A program made the position numbers and the translations under genes. Shown one piece after another: positions 35,038 to 48,841 of a DNA stretch of 64,000 bases (positions are counted from its first letter, which is position 1; the number at the start of each line of letters is the position of its first letter). This DNA is from Tubiluchus corallicola (Eukaryota; Animalia; Priapulida), in assembly GCA_030141605.1 (NCBI GenBank), contig JAQGDQ010000739.1, forward strand, positions 1 to 64,000, written 5' to 3'. The notes under the pieces are model-generated. The model worked only from the letters and a program-made list of their open reading frames with translations, was not told where the DNA came from and did no database searches.

Positions 35038-35642
35038 CAGGGCCAAATTATGACTTTTTGGAGCCGTTAGCAAAAAAAATATGGCCCAGTTCCTGCAAAC
35101 AGAGCTAGCATCTACTAGCCTGTCTTAAATATTTTTATTCGTGATATATTTTAGGAACATTTACATAGCTTGAAGTAAACTTATTGCAAATTCTTTGAAT
35201 AAACTAGAATAGGTTAGAATAGAATAGAATAGAATAGAATAGAATAGAATAGAATAGAATAGAATAGAATAGAATAGAATAGAATAGAATAGAACAGAAT
35301 AGAATAGAACAGAATAGGATGGAGTAGAATAGCTATCTTTCGTTTGACAAAAAAAGAAAGAAATACCATTATTTTACTATTTATTACAAACCAAATTAGC
35401 ACGTATTTTAATAACACAAAAATTTGTTTAATCTTTTTATTACATGCACTTGTAAACATTTATAGTTAAAACACCACAACTTTATTAAAACTTTTAACTA
35501 AAATTAAATATAAATTTAGAGTTTTAATAAAGTTGTGGTGTTTTAACAAAAATTTGTATTTGAAGATCGTTTAGCAGGGCCTTTCAAGCTTGAGGGGTCC
35601 TAGACTGCAGCCTCTACCAGCCCCTAGGTTAATCTGGCCATG
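35038..35642. mobile_element. hAT-type MITE containing an (AGAAT)n microsatellite and a perfect hairpin
   Basis: TIR CAGGGCCAAATTA / TAATCTGGCCATG; 8-bp flanks atcttgac / ttcttgaa. Confidence 0.6.
35216..35315. repeat. (AGAAT)n pentanucleotide microsatellite
   Basis: About 20 copies visible. Confidence 0.95.
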
Positions 35643-37717
35643 TTCTTGAATGTGTAACACATGAATTTTCAAATACATGTGGTGATAGTCAGCAAGTTTT
35701 GGTGTTTTCTGTTTCTCAGAATTTCACATTGACACGCGGGAATCTGGTTTTTCTCTTGAATGACGACGATTTCAGGCCAAATGGTGTCGCCATGACTCAA
35801 GTAGATTTCCGAGAGAATTAGGAAAAGGCAGGTCCAGTCAACACAAAGACTAACATTCACAGAAAGACGAATGACTTGCCATAAAACCCATCGCAATTAT
35901 GATCTAGGAGTGGGCAGGTAATCTCTGATTGCGCAGGTATACGTAGGTGTTCACAGGTAGAACAGTGAATGCTCTCAAGGATTTTCTGCAGCCTCACCTT
36001 ACCTGCTGGGTAACAGGTAAATACAGGTATACTTACGGGTGAGCACAGGCTTTTGCGATTATTTCAATTACTGTTGCGTCTAAATTAAACCTTGAAGTCG
36101 GACCAAATTACTAATTTTGTGCAGTGTGACCTTTCTAGCACATTATGGACTGAACACATTCTTACCTTTACTGGTTTTCTTCAAGTTGAATTAAAGTTAC
36201 TTGGCGCGTGAGAGGGTGTTTAGTCGTGTCTGCGTGTGCGTGTCTGTCAAAATTGATGAACTTGTAATCACTTGGATAGCGAATAGGTCTGGGCAAGCCT
36301 GGAGGAACAACAGACTTATTGTTTGAAAAGCGAGCAGGTGCAGTGTATTAGATTGAATGGTAGTGGCTGCTATTGAGTGCCAGGGCCCTGCAGGGTCCGC
36401 TTCTGGTCCTGAAGGACAGACATACTATGGCCATCTAATGTGATCGGGCATCAGATCCTTGTACTAAAACAATGAAGGAAAGAACGAGGTTGATAAAGGA
36501 CGCCTGTATCGTCTGGAAACTTAGTGATTTTTGTCTCAAAATGTCAGAGGTCAAGGTCAAAAGATGTGAATCAGTGTGTATTTTGGTTAATTTGCGTACT
36601 TGATTTAAAGTACTCACATATTTGATTTTCCTTTAAATTAGATTTCTGATGCAGAGATTTGAAATGTTTATATATTGTTTGTTATATATAATGTTCACAT
36701 ATGTAAATATATATACCATTTATTTCAAACAGATTTTTCACATTAAAATTATAAAAAAGTTGAAATTTATCTAGAAAAAATTACAATTAGATTACCAGAC
36801 ACTGACACAAACAAATATATACTTAAAAAATTAATACTAAAGATCAAAACAAGCAAAAGTATTGCTATACAGATATTACAATTACACGTCTCACAATATA
36901 TCCACATACGTGTTATATTAATACATCGTACGTTATGCCAATGGAATGCACCCATGAAAAGTCAATTATCACAAAGCCAATTTTTGACTTTCTTTAAGTT
37001 ACACATTTCTGAAAAATTATTATTTCTTTTGAAAGCTTTTGTGGTATCTTCTAGCTATCACAACAATGATTTCGTTCATTTATGAACACGTGACGAGGGT
37101 GTGTGACGGTATTTCTCCAACCTGAACAAATTTCGTTGCTGATTCTGTCTATGTTTCGCCTCATCGTGACGTGTTTTGCTAAGCCAGGGATTTTCGCCAT
37201 TTTGCTATTGTCACTTATGGCTCTTTATGCCACCCATACTTAATGCTACTTATATTACACTGTCACCCACAGGCTACTCTTGGGTTGATATAAGCGCCGA
37301 GAAACTATTACATCCATCTTGCAGCCACTATAATCTTGAGTTAGTTCAAATTCGAGCGTTGTGTCAGCGCCAGTCTGTCTCTTGACGACGTGTAGCGTTT
37401 TAAGAAAGGGTTACGATGAAATTTTACATGGTTTACAATGTTTAGTGAGTCGCGCGTGCAGCTCGTTTCGACTGACGCTACATTATAAGTGACAACGTAA
37501 TTTTGCCCTTCCATTTTAAGATGCTTTTATCAGATCTATATCAGAACTGATGCGTCTTTTCTAATGTGGCTGTGCTCTGCTGCCTTTTCACAGCAACACG
37601 AGTGGCAGCAGTGTCATTTCTTGAGAATTTCGAAAGGCGAAAATTAGCGCGAATGACTTCATCTACGTAGTTTCAACTGTAACCGGCAACAGTGTCACAG
37701 AAATGTCACTATTTTGT

Positions 37718-38010
37718 ATCTAGGAAAAAACTCACAGGAAAAAAGTCACAATTTATCTAGAAAAAAAGTCATGTGATAAAACAAAATCAAACAAAAATAT
37801 TCACATCCACAAGTAGCATGAGCAGTTAAAGTAATAAAACAGATGATATTTCAAGCCAATTATTAACTGGCAGTAATACATGACTTGTATATGTTGACAA
37901 CGCTGTATATGATGGCATTAAGTGTATGTGAAAAAAATTTTGTTCTATATCTCAGGGTTGGGTTTAGGGTTATGTGACTTTTTTACCTGTGACGTTATTA
38001 CATGCATTCC
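37718..38010. mobile_element. Foldback/MITE-like element with repeated GGAAAAAAGTCAC termini
   Basis: cacaggaaaaaagtcaca at the left is inverted at the right (tgtgacttttttacctgtg); TSD not resolved. Confidence 0.45.
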
Positions 38011-39619
38011 TGTCAACTGACTGTGCCGAATATATCTAACAATTTGTATTTGTATTTTGTACAACCTGTGAAACTGAGTGTATAATTTCACGTGGACTTT
38101 TTATTCTTCGTCTATAATTCAACGTACTTGTGTTAGTATAATTGTGCGTAGGACTGTGTTCAAATATCCAGCCTACTAAATTCAGTTGGCGAGTTTAGCT
38201 TACAGAGAAAGGCTCAAGGTTGTGTAGCATGCATGTTATACGTGCAGAAATCGTCTGATCTACGCTTCTAAACAAACATGGTTCAGTCTGTCGCATTACG
38301 TAAGTGTAAATTGGTTAGCACATGTGTAACATCTCATCCTGGTTGTGTTTAACACCAGCTTTCATCTACAGGAAGCAGATGTTACAGTAAATTATTCCCT
38401 CTCCCCCCTCGAAGCCATGACTCATCGTTAACTCACTCGTTTCAAATTAGAGATGGGCTTCAGCAATTTACAGCGCTTTCTTATCTATTCTATGCCACAC
38501 GTAAGCCGCCAGGCACTCTGTGTAAATCTGCTTTTGCAAAAGCCATCGTGACGTGTAATACATGTCATTTTTACCACACGTCTTCTTGAGGTTTAGCTGT
38601 CTATGTTTTTTTACTGCTTTTGTATCTGTAGCACAATTTCAAGTGTGGTTAATGCAGCTGCACAACGCGAATGTTATGCTATGGTTTCTGTAATTATGTA
38701 CAAATTACATTGATCTATTTCATAACGTTGTTATTCACACGAGCCATTTATTGAAAGGCGCTCGGCTAATTAAAGTAATGTACATTCAACATCTCAGGGA
38801 GCAGTAGGCAACTATAGATTTGTTCCCTACGTGCACTTTGTTGGCTTTCACATCACTGCAATATGAAGCTGTCATATATTGCACAAGAATTACGAGTAAT
38901 TGCTACATAGCGTGTCCCAGTCACTTTACTCTTTGCTCAACTAGAGCGAGAGTGACGTATATGATTTGCACAGTTCGCGTGAAAAGCAAAAGTGTTGCAG
39001 TAAATACCAATTAATGTCCTCATTGTGAACGCTGTGTGAGGAAAGATTCAATTAGGAATGTTTTTGTTTCGAGTGGAATGTGTTTAGACTCTTGGACTGA
39101 AACGTCGTTCCTTTTTCAATACATGTATGTGGAACTTTTTTTTAATTTTCATCTATTTTGGTCATCGGTTTTTATCGTCATCTTGTTATAGTGCATTAAT
39201 GGTCATCATAGAATTAATGATGTGGCGCTCTGTCCTGTAATTAGCTCAGTCTTAACAAGCGAGGAGGGGAGTAAATACCTAGCATTCTCAGTCAGCGTGT
39301 GTGACATCATTAGCCAGTTTACCAGCTTGCCTTTGCTTTCAAAATCACATAATCAAAGTTCCATTAAGCGAAGACAGTCCGTACGGGCTCTCTGTCTGTT
39401 CAAAAGTTGACGTGGGAATTCGCAGCAGTTCCACTAGGACCGTAGCACGTTAGCAACGAGTGAAATCGTTTACATCAGCAGGTCCAGCATTCTAGGTACC
39501 CGCATATTTTATGTACAGCAATATCGTCTTTTGTGTTGATATGCTGGCCAGGTCACGTGACTGCATTCCTGAGAACCATGTTTCACGTATCGAAGTTAGC
39601 AAGCTGTTAATGACTGATA

Positions 39620-40150
39620 ATTTATACCAGTGATTGTTTCATTGTGTCAGTGGTTTTTATACTTGTTTCTCTGTGTATGATTGTTTCTTTGTGTCAGTGA
39701 TTTAAGTCGTTTTTATGATACAGTAAAGTGATTGTAAAATTGTTTCTTTATACCAGTGATTGTTTCTTTGTGACAGTGATTGTTTCTTTGTGACAGTGAT
39801 TCAAGTCGTTTTTATGATACAGTAAAGTGATTGTAAAATTGTTTCTTTATACCAGTGATTGTTTCTTTGTGTCAGTGATTGTTTCTTTGTGACAGTGATT
39901 CAAGTCGTTTTTATGCTACAGTGAAGTGATTGTAAAATTGTTTCTTTATACCAGTGATTGTTTCTTTGTGACAGTGATTCAAGTCGTTTTTATGCTACAG
40001 TGAAGTGATTGAGTGATTGTAAAATTGTTTCTTTATACCAGTCATTGTTTTTTGTGACAGTGATTCAAGTCGTTTTTATGCTACAGTACAGTGATATTAG
40101 AATTGTTTCTCAATGACAGTGATTGGTTTTTATACTAGAGATTGGTTTTT
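39620..40150. repeat. Degenerate tandem repeat (60-80-bp units built from ~20-bp cagtgattgtttctttgtga subunits)
   Basis: Recurring cagtgatt...gtcgtttttatg...gtgattgtaaaattgtttctttatac. Confidence 0.85.
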
Positions 40151-41902
40151 ACGCTATGTTTCTTTGTTTGTTTATTCCCATGATTGTCTTTTTTTAAGGA
40201 TTGTTCCGTATTAAAACGAAATCCTGGTCATCCATTTAACTAAGTGCATAATTATTGTGGTTCGTGTCAATTGTTAAAACGCTAAATAGCGTGGTCACCT
40301 TCGTTCTCATTAAAAATTGTGGTGTAATTTGTTTTTTACGTAACAGAGCTGTACAGGTGTGCAAATGGTAACAGAGCTGTACAGGTATGCAGCAAATGGA
40401 TGTAGTAAATGTAATAATGGTCAAGTTTACTAATTAATGAAAAATCGGTCAAGTAATCAGTAGTCTAGTCAAGTATTTTAGGAATGTTCGTCGAGACGCA
40501 TTCCAGTATTAGTGAATCATAAAACAGAGGGTCATAAATCTACTAGTCTCTCTCATCGTTATTGCAACATTTAATCAATCCGCAAATATATTTGACAGCT
40601 AATTGCTGAACTGGTTGTTTGTTCTTGTGTGCTCAATGTTTCTGCATGTGTTTGCCGGGGTATCAAATTTGCAAGTTAACCGATGAGGTTAAACCGTTAA
40701 AGCTCTTACTAGTGAAAAAGTATTTCACATTTGTACCAGCTAAAGTACAGAGTGGAATACGTTTGTTAATTGATTACGTAATTCTGATCTTCATTACACA
40801 GGTCTATATGTCTATTCTGATAAAGGCAACTTCACAAATAAATTACATTTGCAAATAACTATGGCCTTAAACAAGAAAACTGGTCACACTAGGTAAAGCT
40901 TATTGTATAAAGTGAAGATAAGAGTGCACGTGATACTCGTTCGAGTTTGCAAGGAAACAATTTTTCTGACAGAGAATTCCACAGACAAGAAGTCCGAAGA
41001 AAAAACTAGATTTTAAAGCAGCTGTTCCACATCTAGGGACGTCCAAAGTAAACTATGAGTAAACAAGCATGGTATTATTTCTAACAGTGCTTCTATTTTA
41101 AGCTCACCATACCTTGGCGTCAAATTCAGAGACAATACGTTACAGTTGGTTAGCATGTACGCATACACGTATATTAATATAGATAAGTAGCTTACAGGAT
41201 CAGGTGCAATTCCTCCTCACAGGTGCATTTAGCGTTACCTAAGTATCTTTATTCTGTAAGACAGGCTTAGTGCTAAATACAGCTTAGTGCTAAACATAGC
41301 TAAGCCATTGGCTTCCACATACAGGGAGTTCCAAAAAACGTTTCACATACAACTAAGTGTTGTAGGCGTACTAGTATTACACAATGCACAGTCCAATACG
41401 TGCGGTCGTCTGGTGACGTGATGGAAGTGTCATCTGGTGAGAAGCAATTAGGAAGTTTGTCATCATTATGTCATGAACGAAACACCTGGTAATATTAAAG
41501 AGCTAAATGACTATGAGTTTAAAAAAAGTTATAATGCACAATTTACTATCAAAATATTTGTTATCTCCTCAGCTCTGTTTTATAAGTAAACTTGTTGTTA
41601 TGCGTGTGTTTCATCAGTAGGTAAAGCTTTTATATGTAAGCTCACGACTATTCAGTCTATATGTATAAATAAACCATATGCATGTTTAAATATTTATTAT
41701 TAAATGTCTATAACTGTAATTTGCTATATTTTTTTCGAACTTTATTTAATTTATGGATATTGTTTCTTGAAGGAATTGTTTATGTTTAGTGTAAAATCCT
41801 CGTTCATATTTAGTCTATTATTGAACAATTTATTAGTATAGACTGTTTGATATGTCACTTCATAAATCACTGTTTAATAATTGCTATCGGGGCCGACTAG
41901 AT

Positions 41903-43113
41903 ATGGTTTCTATGCATTGTGAAATGAATGTACTTGTATTGTCTTATGGCGCTGAAGTCCAGGTTTATTTTTGGAACGTTTCGTCACCATGGTTTCTATG
42001 CATTGTGAAATGAATGTACTGTCTTATGGCGCTGAAGTCCAGGTTTATTTTTGGAACGTTTCGTCACCATGGTTTCTATGCATTGTGAAATGAATGTACT
42101 TTGTATTGTCTTATGGCGCTGAAGTCCAGGTTTATTTTTGGAACGTTTCGTCACCATGGTTTCTATGCATTGTGAAATGAATGTACTTTGTATTGTCTTA
42201 TGGCGCTGAAGTCCAGGTTTATTTTTGGAACGTTTCGTCACCATGGTTTTTATGCATTGTGAAATGAATGTACTTGTATTGTCTTATGGCGCTGAAGTCC
42301 AGGTTTATTTTTGGAACGTTTCGTCACCATGGTTTTTATGCATTGTGAAATGAATGTACTTGTATTGTCTTATGGCGCTGAAGTCCAGGTTTATTTTTTG
42401 GAACGTTTCGTCACCATGGTTTCTATGCATTGTGAAATGAATGTACTTTGTATGGTCTTATGGCGCTGAAGTCCAGGTTTATTTTTGGAACGTTTCGTCA
42501 CCATGGTTTCTATGCATTGCGAAATGAATGTACTTTGTATGGTCTTATGGTGCTGAAGTCCAGGTTTATTTTTGGAACGTTTCGTCACCATGGTTTCTAT
42601 GCATTGCGAAATGAATGTACTTTGTATTGTCTTATGGCGCTGAAGTCCAGGTTTATTTTTGGAAAGTTTCGTCACCATGGTTTCTATGCATTGCGAAATG
42701 AATGTACTTTGTATTGTCTTATGGCGCTGAAGTCCAGGTTTATTTTTGGAACGTATCGTCACCATGGTTTCTATGCATTGCGAAATGAATGTACTTTGTA
42801 TTGTCTTATGGCGCTGAAGTCCAGGTTTATTTTTGGAACGTTTCGTCACCATGGTTTTTATGCATTGTGAAATGAATGTACTTTGTATTGTCTTATGGCG
42901 CTGAAGTCCAGGTTTATTTTTGGAACGTTTCGTCACCATGGTTTTTATGCATTGTGAAATGAATGTACTTTGTATTGTCTTATGGCGCTGAAGTCCAGGT
43001 TTATTTTTGGAACGTTTCGTCACCATGGTTTTTATGCATTGTGAAATGAATGTACTTGTATTGTCTTATGGCGCTGAAGTCCAGGTTTATTTTTGGAACG
43101 TTTCGTCACCATC
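41903..43113. repeat. 87-bp tandem repeat, about 14 copies
   Basis: Unit atggtttctatgcattgtgaaatgaatgtactttgtattgtcttatggcgctgaagtccaggtttatttttggaacgtttcgtcacc; explains the repetitive ORFs. Confidence 0.97.
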
Positions 43114-43958
43114 TTTCACTATGGCAGCATGTTTCTGTTGCACTGTTTATATTGCGGCACCCCGTATTTCGTTAATATGTACAAACGATCAAGTGGAATG
43201 AGGCATTTCTCCCCAAGTGCGAGGAATCGATAGATTGCTGCTGTGTGTTGGACAATTGGATTGTGTTTGTGTGGAACATTGTCTAATACGTCCCTTCCGC
43301 AGGATGTTACATGCATCGCTGCCTCCAATTCTGTCCACTTTTAGTCGCGCATTCCCAATTACGTCCAATTTTCTTGTCTTGTGCTGTTTATCCTCTGCCC
43401 ACGTACTTCATCATCTGAAAGTGGTACATCTAGTAGGCATTTCTAATTACTGTGACGTCAGCAGTATGTAGAACACCGACGTGTACCTGTCTGACGTCTA
43501 TCTGACTTTGTTGGTTTTATATATTTGCATGTAATTAATTTTATATACGTACGAGTGCCTTGCAATAACTCACTTGTCTGTTTTGTGTTCTAAACGAAAA
43601 CAAGAAAGCTCATATTAACAAAAATTATACGCAATAAAAGAACGCGGCTCAACCCAAGTACGAAGAGCAGAAAAATCACTAAATACTAGTTTACTAATCA
43701 TTAGTTATTAACGATTAGTAATTAGTTATACTGTTTGTACACTTGTATTTTTCGCTTGTATTGTACGCTTGTATTTTTCCGTTTTTCTTGTTGTGAATGT
43801 TGACCTTTTGGTGACATTTTGCTGACTATTGACCTTCATAATTATCTGGTGCAGAATTACACTGCACTAATGAATTACTTTAATGGATTATTTTTTTCAG
43901 GATTTGCAACGATGCGGTTGCCGTGGAGTAGCCTGTCTTGTAGCACTCCGCTGAGAAG

Positions 43959-45456
43959 ATGTCATCGAGTGACAGCAATTCCGTAACCATATTTCCAGGT
44001 GGCAGCTCTATACCGGGACATGTGCCGTTCAAATCCCCACCAGACTACTATCATAATCACAATGTTGCTGGGCAGGTAGTGCCCAACAATGCTGCTCTTA
44101 TGCAGTCAAGTGGTTCCGTCAAACCCTCTCGGTCTTATCCGGGTGCTATGATGGCCCGGGAGTTAGCCGCTGCTCGGACATCACATAGTCCGCCCCCGTT
44201 TCCGAGGGGTCAGAGCCCTGTGGTGTCGCAGACTCCCCAACAGCATCGTGGTCAGAGCCCTGTGACGAGGACGTCTTCTTCACCTTCTTCCCAAGGACGA
44301 ACAAACGGGATGATTCACAAGTCGGCACTACGACGTACGGTGCATGCCGGTTCCGGCAACGGCATGTACGGAAAATCAAGACTTGCTTACGATTCTGGTG
44401 ATGTACATAGTAGTGGTGACAGTTCAAAGCCACCTGTACGTATGAGGACCAATTCTTTATCCAGTGCACAGAATCCTAGAAAACGCAACAGCAATGATAC
44501 GCCAAACATCGTTGTCAATCATCACACGCGTAGTCCTAACAAAAGCGGCATCTATCGCAGTAACAGCAGTTTAGAATTTGAAGAGGTCGAAGAAAAGTCA
44601 CCCCTTCGACGAGAATATGGCAGTGCCTCTTCCATTGATGTGATGAGCAATAGCGGAGATAGTTTCTTTGCAATGTTGAAGGATTTTGGCACCGGCGGCG
44701 TGGACCAAAGAAGTCCGGGACCGCAGCATCTTACCCAATATCTGCACGGCAAGGCAATCACCTTGCCGTCAGGGGCATCGCCGGCTTCCTCTAATGGATA
44801 TGATGACGGCGATGGAGGAAAGTCGAGATTTAGTAAGCTTGCGAAAATGAAGGACAAGGATAAGTTAAAAGCTTGGACATTAAAAATGTTTAGCTCTACT
44901 GACCGTGCGAAATCGGAAATGGATAATTTAAGTGCGCGGGTTCTTAACGAGGACGCTGAAACGAGGTTAGAGGAGAAGTTACGGCGCAAGTCGTTTGCCC
45001 ATCACGACGTGCAGAGCATGACTGTGAATTTACTAGACGTGGTGAGAAATCGCAATTCTCTGACTCGCCGTCGTAACACGACGACGGGCGCTTCTGCTGC
45101 TTCCATGGTGCGGACTAACAACACGCCAGATGGCAGCACGGAAGATCTGCGCGATGAAGAAAGTGATCCCGGCGACGGGAAGAACAACGAACTCATTGTT
45201 TCTTGTCCATTTTTCCGGAATGAACTGGGAGGCGAGGAGGTGCAGTGTGTTAGCTTGAGCCGTAGGAACTGTTGTCGAGTGTCAAACTCTTCTCCAGTGG
45301 GGTCCACTTCTGCTCCTAAAGGACCGACATTACGGCCGTCTAATGCGACCGGATTGTCTGTGTTAGATTCCTATAAGGACAACGAAGGAAAGAAGTACAT
45401 TATTGAGAGGGTTGATAAAGGATGCATGTATTACCGCAAGTACTTTTTGGAGAAAG
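43959..45456 (+). CDS. SIPA1L: SIPA1L first coding exon
   Basis: Acceptor at 43900, in-frame stop at 43941 upstream of the ATG, donor aag|gtatgt, phase 1. Confidence 0.93.
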
Positions 45457-48400
45457 GTATGTATCTTTTTACACAAAATGTTCTAATCAATACCACTTGT
45501 GATAAAGAGCTAACAGAAGGTTGAAAATGTGAATTAAAATTCAGAAAAATTGAATTCTCGGAACTAATTTTGCCTGTATTACTAGATGTACCTCTTTGAT
45601 TGAGACTGTACTTATCAGTAAAATATTTTTTTGATAAAAGTAAGATGCTCAAAGTAAAAGGATGATAAATAAGCAGCTGTTTTGTATCTAAGAATGTTGA
45701 CAACAAAACCCGAGAAGCAGAATTCAGCAATGTATCTAAGAATGTTGACAACAAAACCCGAGAAGCAGAATTCAGCAATGTATCTAAGAATGTTGACAGC
45801 AAAACCCGAGAAGCAGAAGTCAGCAATGTATCTAAGAATGTTGACAACAAAACCCGAGAAGCAGAATTCAGCAATGTATCTAAGAATGTTGACAACAAAA
45901 CCCGAGAAGCAGAATTCAGCAATGTATCTAAGAATGTTGACAACAAAACCCGAGAAGCAGAATTCGGCAATGTATCTAAGAATGTTGACAACAAAACCCG
46001 AGAAGGAGAATTCAGCAATGTATCTAAGAATGTTGACAACAAAACCCGAGAAGGAGAATTCAGCAATGTATCTAAGAATGTTGACAACAAAACCCGAGAA
46101 GCAGAATTCAGCAATGTATCTAAGAATGTTGACAACAAAACCCGAGAAGCAGAATTCAGCAATGTATCTAAGAATGTTGACAACAAAACCCGAGAAGGAG
46201 AATTCAGCAATGTATCTAAGAATGTTGACAACAAAACCCGAGAAGGAGAATTCAGCAATGTATCTAAGAATGTTGACAAGAAAACCCGAGAAGCAGAAGC
46301 GCGTTACTAGGGCATTTTATTGAACATTGTTGCTGTACTTTTTCAAACTGACAAATGGGGTCTATTATTTAGTTTGTGCATTTTGTGTTAAAAAGTGAGT
46401 CGGTTGCCTGGATGAGGGGGAAGGTTACGAGTATCAACTGATCGCATCAGCTCCGCTTAATTGTCTACAAATTGCATGAAGTTGCCCAGCGTGCCATTAT
46501 TCAGCGAAACTTGTAGGTTCTGCTTCAATTCTTTCGCTTGTTTGCAAACCTGTTCCTGCTTTTTCATTCACCTAGGCAGGTTATTGATTACCTATATGTG
46601 CAATGCACACCAGTGTAGCACAGTCATTGATCAAGAGGAGGGGGGCATGTGAAAGAGTTGGCAGCTGTAATGAGCTTGCAGTTTAAATTCAGATGTGCGA
46701 GGGACTGGAGATTGAGGTACTCGTGATGAAGCTCGTTTAACAAAATGTTTTATTGCATTTCACCGTCCCACAAGCGCCAGTCCACCACTCAGCGGCAGGT
46801 CTACTTAATGATGACAATGGTTGTGGTAGGATCTGAACATAGCTCATTATATATCAAGGCAGTTCTCCTCCAAGATGAAACATCAAACTAACAAACGTAT
46901 TTTAGCTGCATTTGAAAGTGAATACATCCTCTCTCTCTTCTATCAATGAGGCAAACAGCCAGAATCACTATGGTGAAAGAAACTTCCCAGAATGAGTATT
47001 GAACTTGAGTATGGTTACCCATCCGCTCACTGACCAACCTTGGTATTTCTCACTTTTGTTCGGAAAGCACAAACGCGAACACTTGGCTGTTACTTCGGCT
47101 TCGCTTGCTCCCATCAAGTTGCTTGATGTACGATGTAAATTGGCTGCTATATGACCGAGCTCAGTCAGTTTTCCACTTAGATTCTGAGGGTCGTATGCGA
47201 TTATGAAAGTGTGCGTTGGTCTAGATTGGTCTATAGTGTGCTGAATGTGCGATGGCAGCGACTGGGTTAATGTGATAGTGGATTTAAGATGTGCGGAATG
47301 TGCGATGGTGGCCACAAAGGGTTTAAGTATTGGTTTTCCAGTAATGGTAAGTTCAGGGTGTGCAGAGTGTGCATTGGAAACTATAGAGTTTCAGTTACTT
47401 GTATGTATCAACTAGTATGTGCGGAAATGCGCGATAGAGTACTTTCGTGAGCCATTTGTAATTTTGTTCCGCACCCTGTGATGTTACGTGAGCTGTTGGT
47501 TAATACATGCATACTTTTTCTTAAGTATGCATTCTTGCAGTATACCAAATCATGTATAAAAAATATAGTCGTATATTTTTCGTATAATCGTATAAAAAAT
47601 CTAAAATAAAATATAAATATATTACATCAGAATTATGATAAAAATCATGCACCTTTCTTTCCAAATCTTTTCGAGTGCTCATTCTTGACTTTACAAGTTT
47701 AAATTTCAAATAAGGGAATGTTTTCCACTGTAAATTATTGCTCACGTGTAACCGCTTTTTGACGTTTTACTGTGAGAAGATAAAACTACGACCATAATTC
47801 TTGCTGCACGGAAAATTGCCTCGCCTTATTGTCAACTCACGCTTAATTGATGGCGCAACGCTGTGAATGTCTATCAGTGGTTCTTCTCTTAGACCAGGCG
47901 CCATGGTTTTATCTTAGACACATTAAGCGCGACTTTATCGGTCATAATAATTAAAATCAAAATTTCCCCTGGATGTAAAACTTGAGAAACGTGGTCGCCA
48001 TAGTGATCGACGTATTTTGTTCTTTTGTGACGTCAGCATGACGTCACACTGAAATTGCAGCATGGAAAGGCTTCATGTCTTTGTGATTTCTATGTGTTGG
48101 ATTAAGGTGACTCCAATCTAGAAAAGACTGGGCAACCAAACTTATAAGATATAGTTCAAGACAAAGTATGTATTTTAATGGAACCATGGATGCCCTTGGT
48201 CAATAACCAAGGTCAAAAGCTGCGAGTTTCGGATTGACGAGTTTGACAATAAAGATGAAAAGAAAATTTTTAAGGGAAATCTGCAGTAGTAGTGGTCAGT
48301 GACTGCCTGGTGTCGTTGGGGGGGGGGGAGGATATAATTGATGACCCAGTTGTGTGTCAAGGTCAAAAGTTGTAATTTCATGTTGACAGGTTTAGCAAGT

Positions 48401-48793
48401 GAACTAAAAAGCAAGATTCTAAGAAAAGTGCAATAGTGGTGGTCTGTGACTGGCACGGTTGGGTCCTTTGGTGGGAGAGGGGAGTAGTTAATGAACCAGC
48501 ATGTAGGTAAAGGTCAAAATCGCATTAATTCTAGAGCTGCTAAATGTTGATATACCAGTAATCTTATTGTGTCATAATAAGGTGGACGATTTGTGAAGGA
48601 ATCGATGGTAACCCCGAGTATGCGGTTTAAATTTAAGTTTAAGTTTAAACAACTTTGCAACAGGAAAAGTCGGTTGTTATGTTATTGTTGATGATCTAAC
48701 TTATGCGGTTTGTAGTCGACGGTAGTGATGGAATAGTCTCTGGTATATACAAATTTATACACATGCGCACACACACACGCGCACACACACACG

Positions 48794-48841
<48 letters not shown>

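Noticed and set aside
41903-43113. Hammerhead ribozyme (retrozyme-like) array or repeat protein in the 87-bp repeat
   Set aside because: GAAAC is present on the minus strand but no CUGANGA core sits in the right place; the ORFs are broken by 1-nt indels between units
45431-46323. 282-aa and 213-aa ORFs with 16-aa repeats
   Set aside because: Stop-free frames of a 48-bp intronic minisatellite
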